From assembly GCA_963668625.2 (NCBI GenBank), contig CAXXKA010000006.1, forward strand, positions 768,001-832,000: a stretch of 64,000 nt of DNA. Reading direction: 5' to 3'. Below, piece after piece: positions 63,463-64,000 of the stretch. This DNA is from an uncultured candidate division Zixibacteria bacterium (GTDB lineage: Bacteria; Zixibacteria; MSB-5A5; UBA10806; 4484-95). Both the position numbers and the translations under genes were made by a program. The notes beneath the pieces are model-generated. The model made no database searches and was not told the origin of the DNA. It saw nothing but the letters and a program-made list of their open reading frames with translations. Position 1 is the first letter of the stretch, and each line of letters opens with the position of its first letter.

Positions 63463-64000
63463 AAAGCCGGTGGTAACCATAAAAATCTTAATTATGGGCT
63501 TTACTTTGGAAATCCATATAGCTATTCTTTAAATAATCCGGTAAAGTTTGTAGACAGGGATGGAAATGAAGGGCTAACAATAGCTGCCCTTACGTACGTA
63601 TGCCTTGAAACATCAGCAGATATAACATGTTTATATTGGACTGTAAAGGAATACCAGGCAAATCCATCATGGTTAGGTTTGGGGGCAATTGGGCTAGACG
63701 CAACGTTTGTTTTTGGAATAGGTGGACCAAATGTACTTGGCTATATTCGACATGCTGATAATTTTGCTGATTTGTTCAATACTTTTAGAGGTGTAAGGAA
63801 TGCATCTAAAGTTCTAAGTAGCGGGAAGACAGTCATCGGAAAAGTGGGCCAATACGAACCACTGGCAGAAGAACTTGGCGCAAATTATTTTAAAGTATCA
63901 AACGAAGTTTGGAATTCATTGGATCGCGAAGGAAGATGGGCTTTAAACAGAGCATTTCTTGATGAAGCTGTCAAAAGAGGAGATGAATTCATTTTGGCAA
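63463..64000 (+). pseudogene. RHS repeat-associated core C-terminus plus toxin tip; 5'-truncated, runs off the window end
   Basis: Frame +1, absent from the ORF track: GNPYSYSLNNPVKFVDRDGNEG (PxxxxDxxG cleavage motif), a hydrophobic Ala/Gly segment, then KTVIGKVGQY..GANYFKV..W..NRAFLDEAVKRGDEFIL. Confidence 0.75.

Overview
Bacterial chromosomal window. It is probably from the FCB superphylum, most likely Ca. Zixiibacteriota, inferred only from paired 'GDAN..IGADVTYLVNYFRG' dockerin-like tails and YPNPFN/FlgD-type C-terminal domains. Positions 1-16.4 kb are backbone-like: a partial outer-membrane beta-barrel, two large secreted dockerin-tailed proteins (a beta-helix protein and an S8 protease with HYR repeats), small membrane proteins, an EamA transporter, SppA, a GT2 and tRNA-Arg(ACG). 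A ~44.7 kb island is integrated in this tRNA (48-bp direct repeat 16383-16430 / 61070-61117; tyrosine integrase at 60152-61042). It carries: (i) a decayed XRE-S24 repressor; (ii) a three-gene DISARM-related defence operon (SNF2 helicase, N6-MTase/REase, DUF1998 helicase-nuclease); (iii) a 16-kb tandem array of nine mosaic, segment-shuffled secreted Asp-box propeller genes, two of them hit by IS elements; (iv) a frameshifted propeller/beta-helix gene and a DNRLRE-like gene; (v) a candidate undescribed signalling cassette. That cassette comprises a sigma-like protein, a zinc-binding anti-sigma, a membrane-anchored Lon-type protease with an extracytoplasmic domain, and a secreted C10 peptidase, with a shared TTCTACAAAT-N10-GCAGCTAT motif before the anti-sigma and the peptidase. 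Beyond attR lie a second tRNA-like att fragment with a truncated integrase, a dead IS and an orphan RHS toxin tip.
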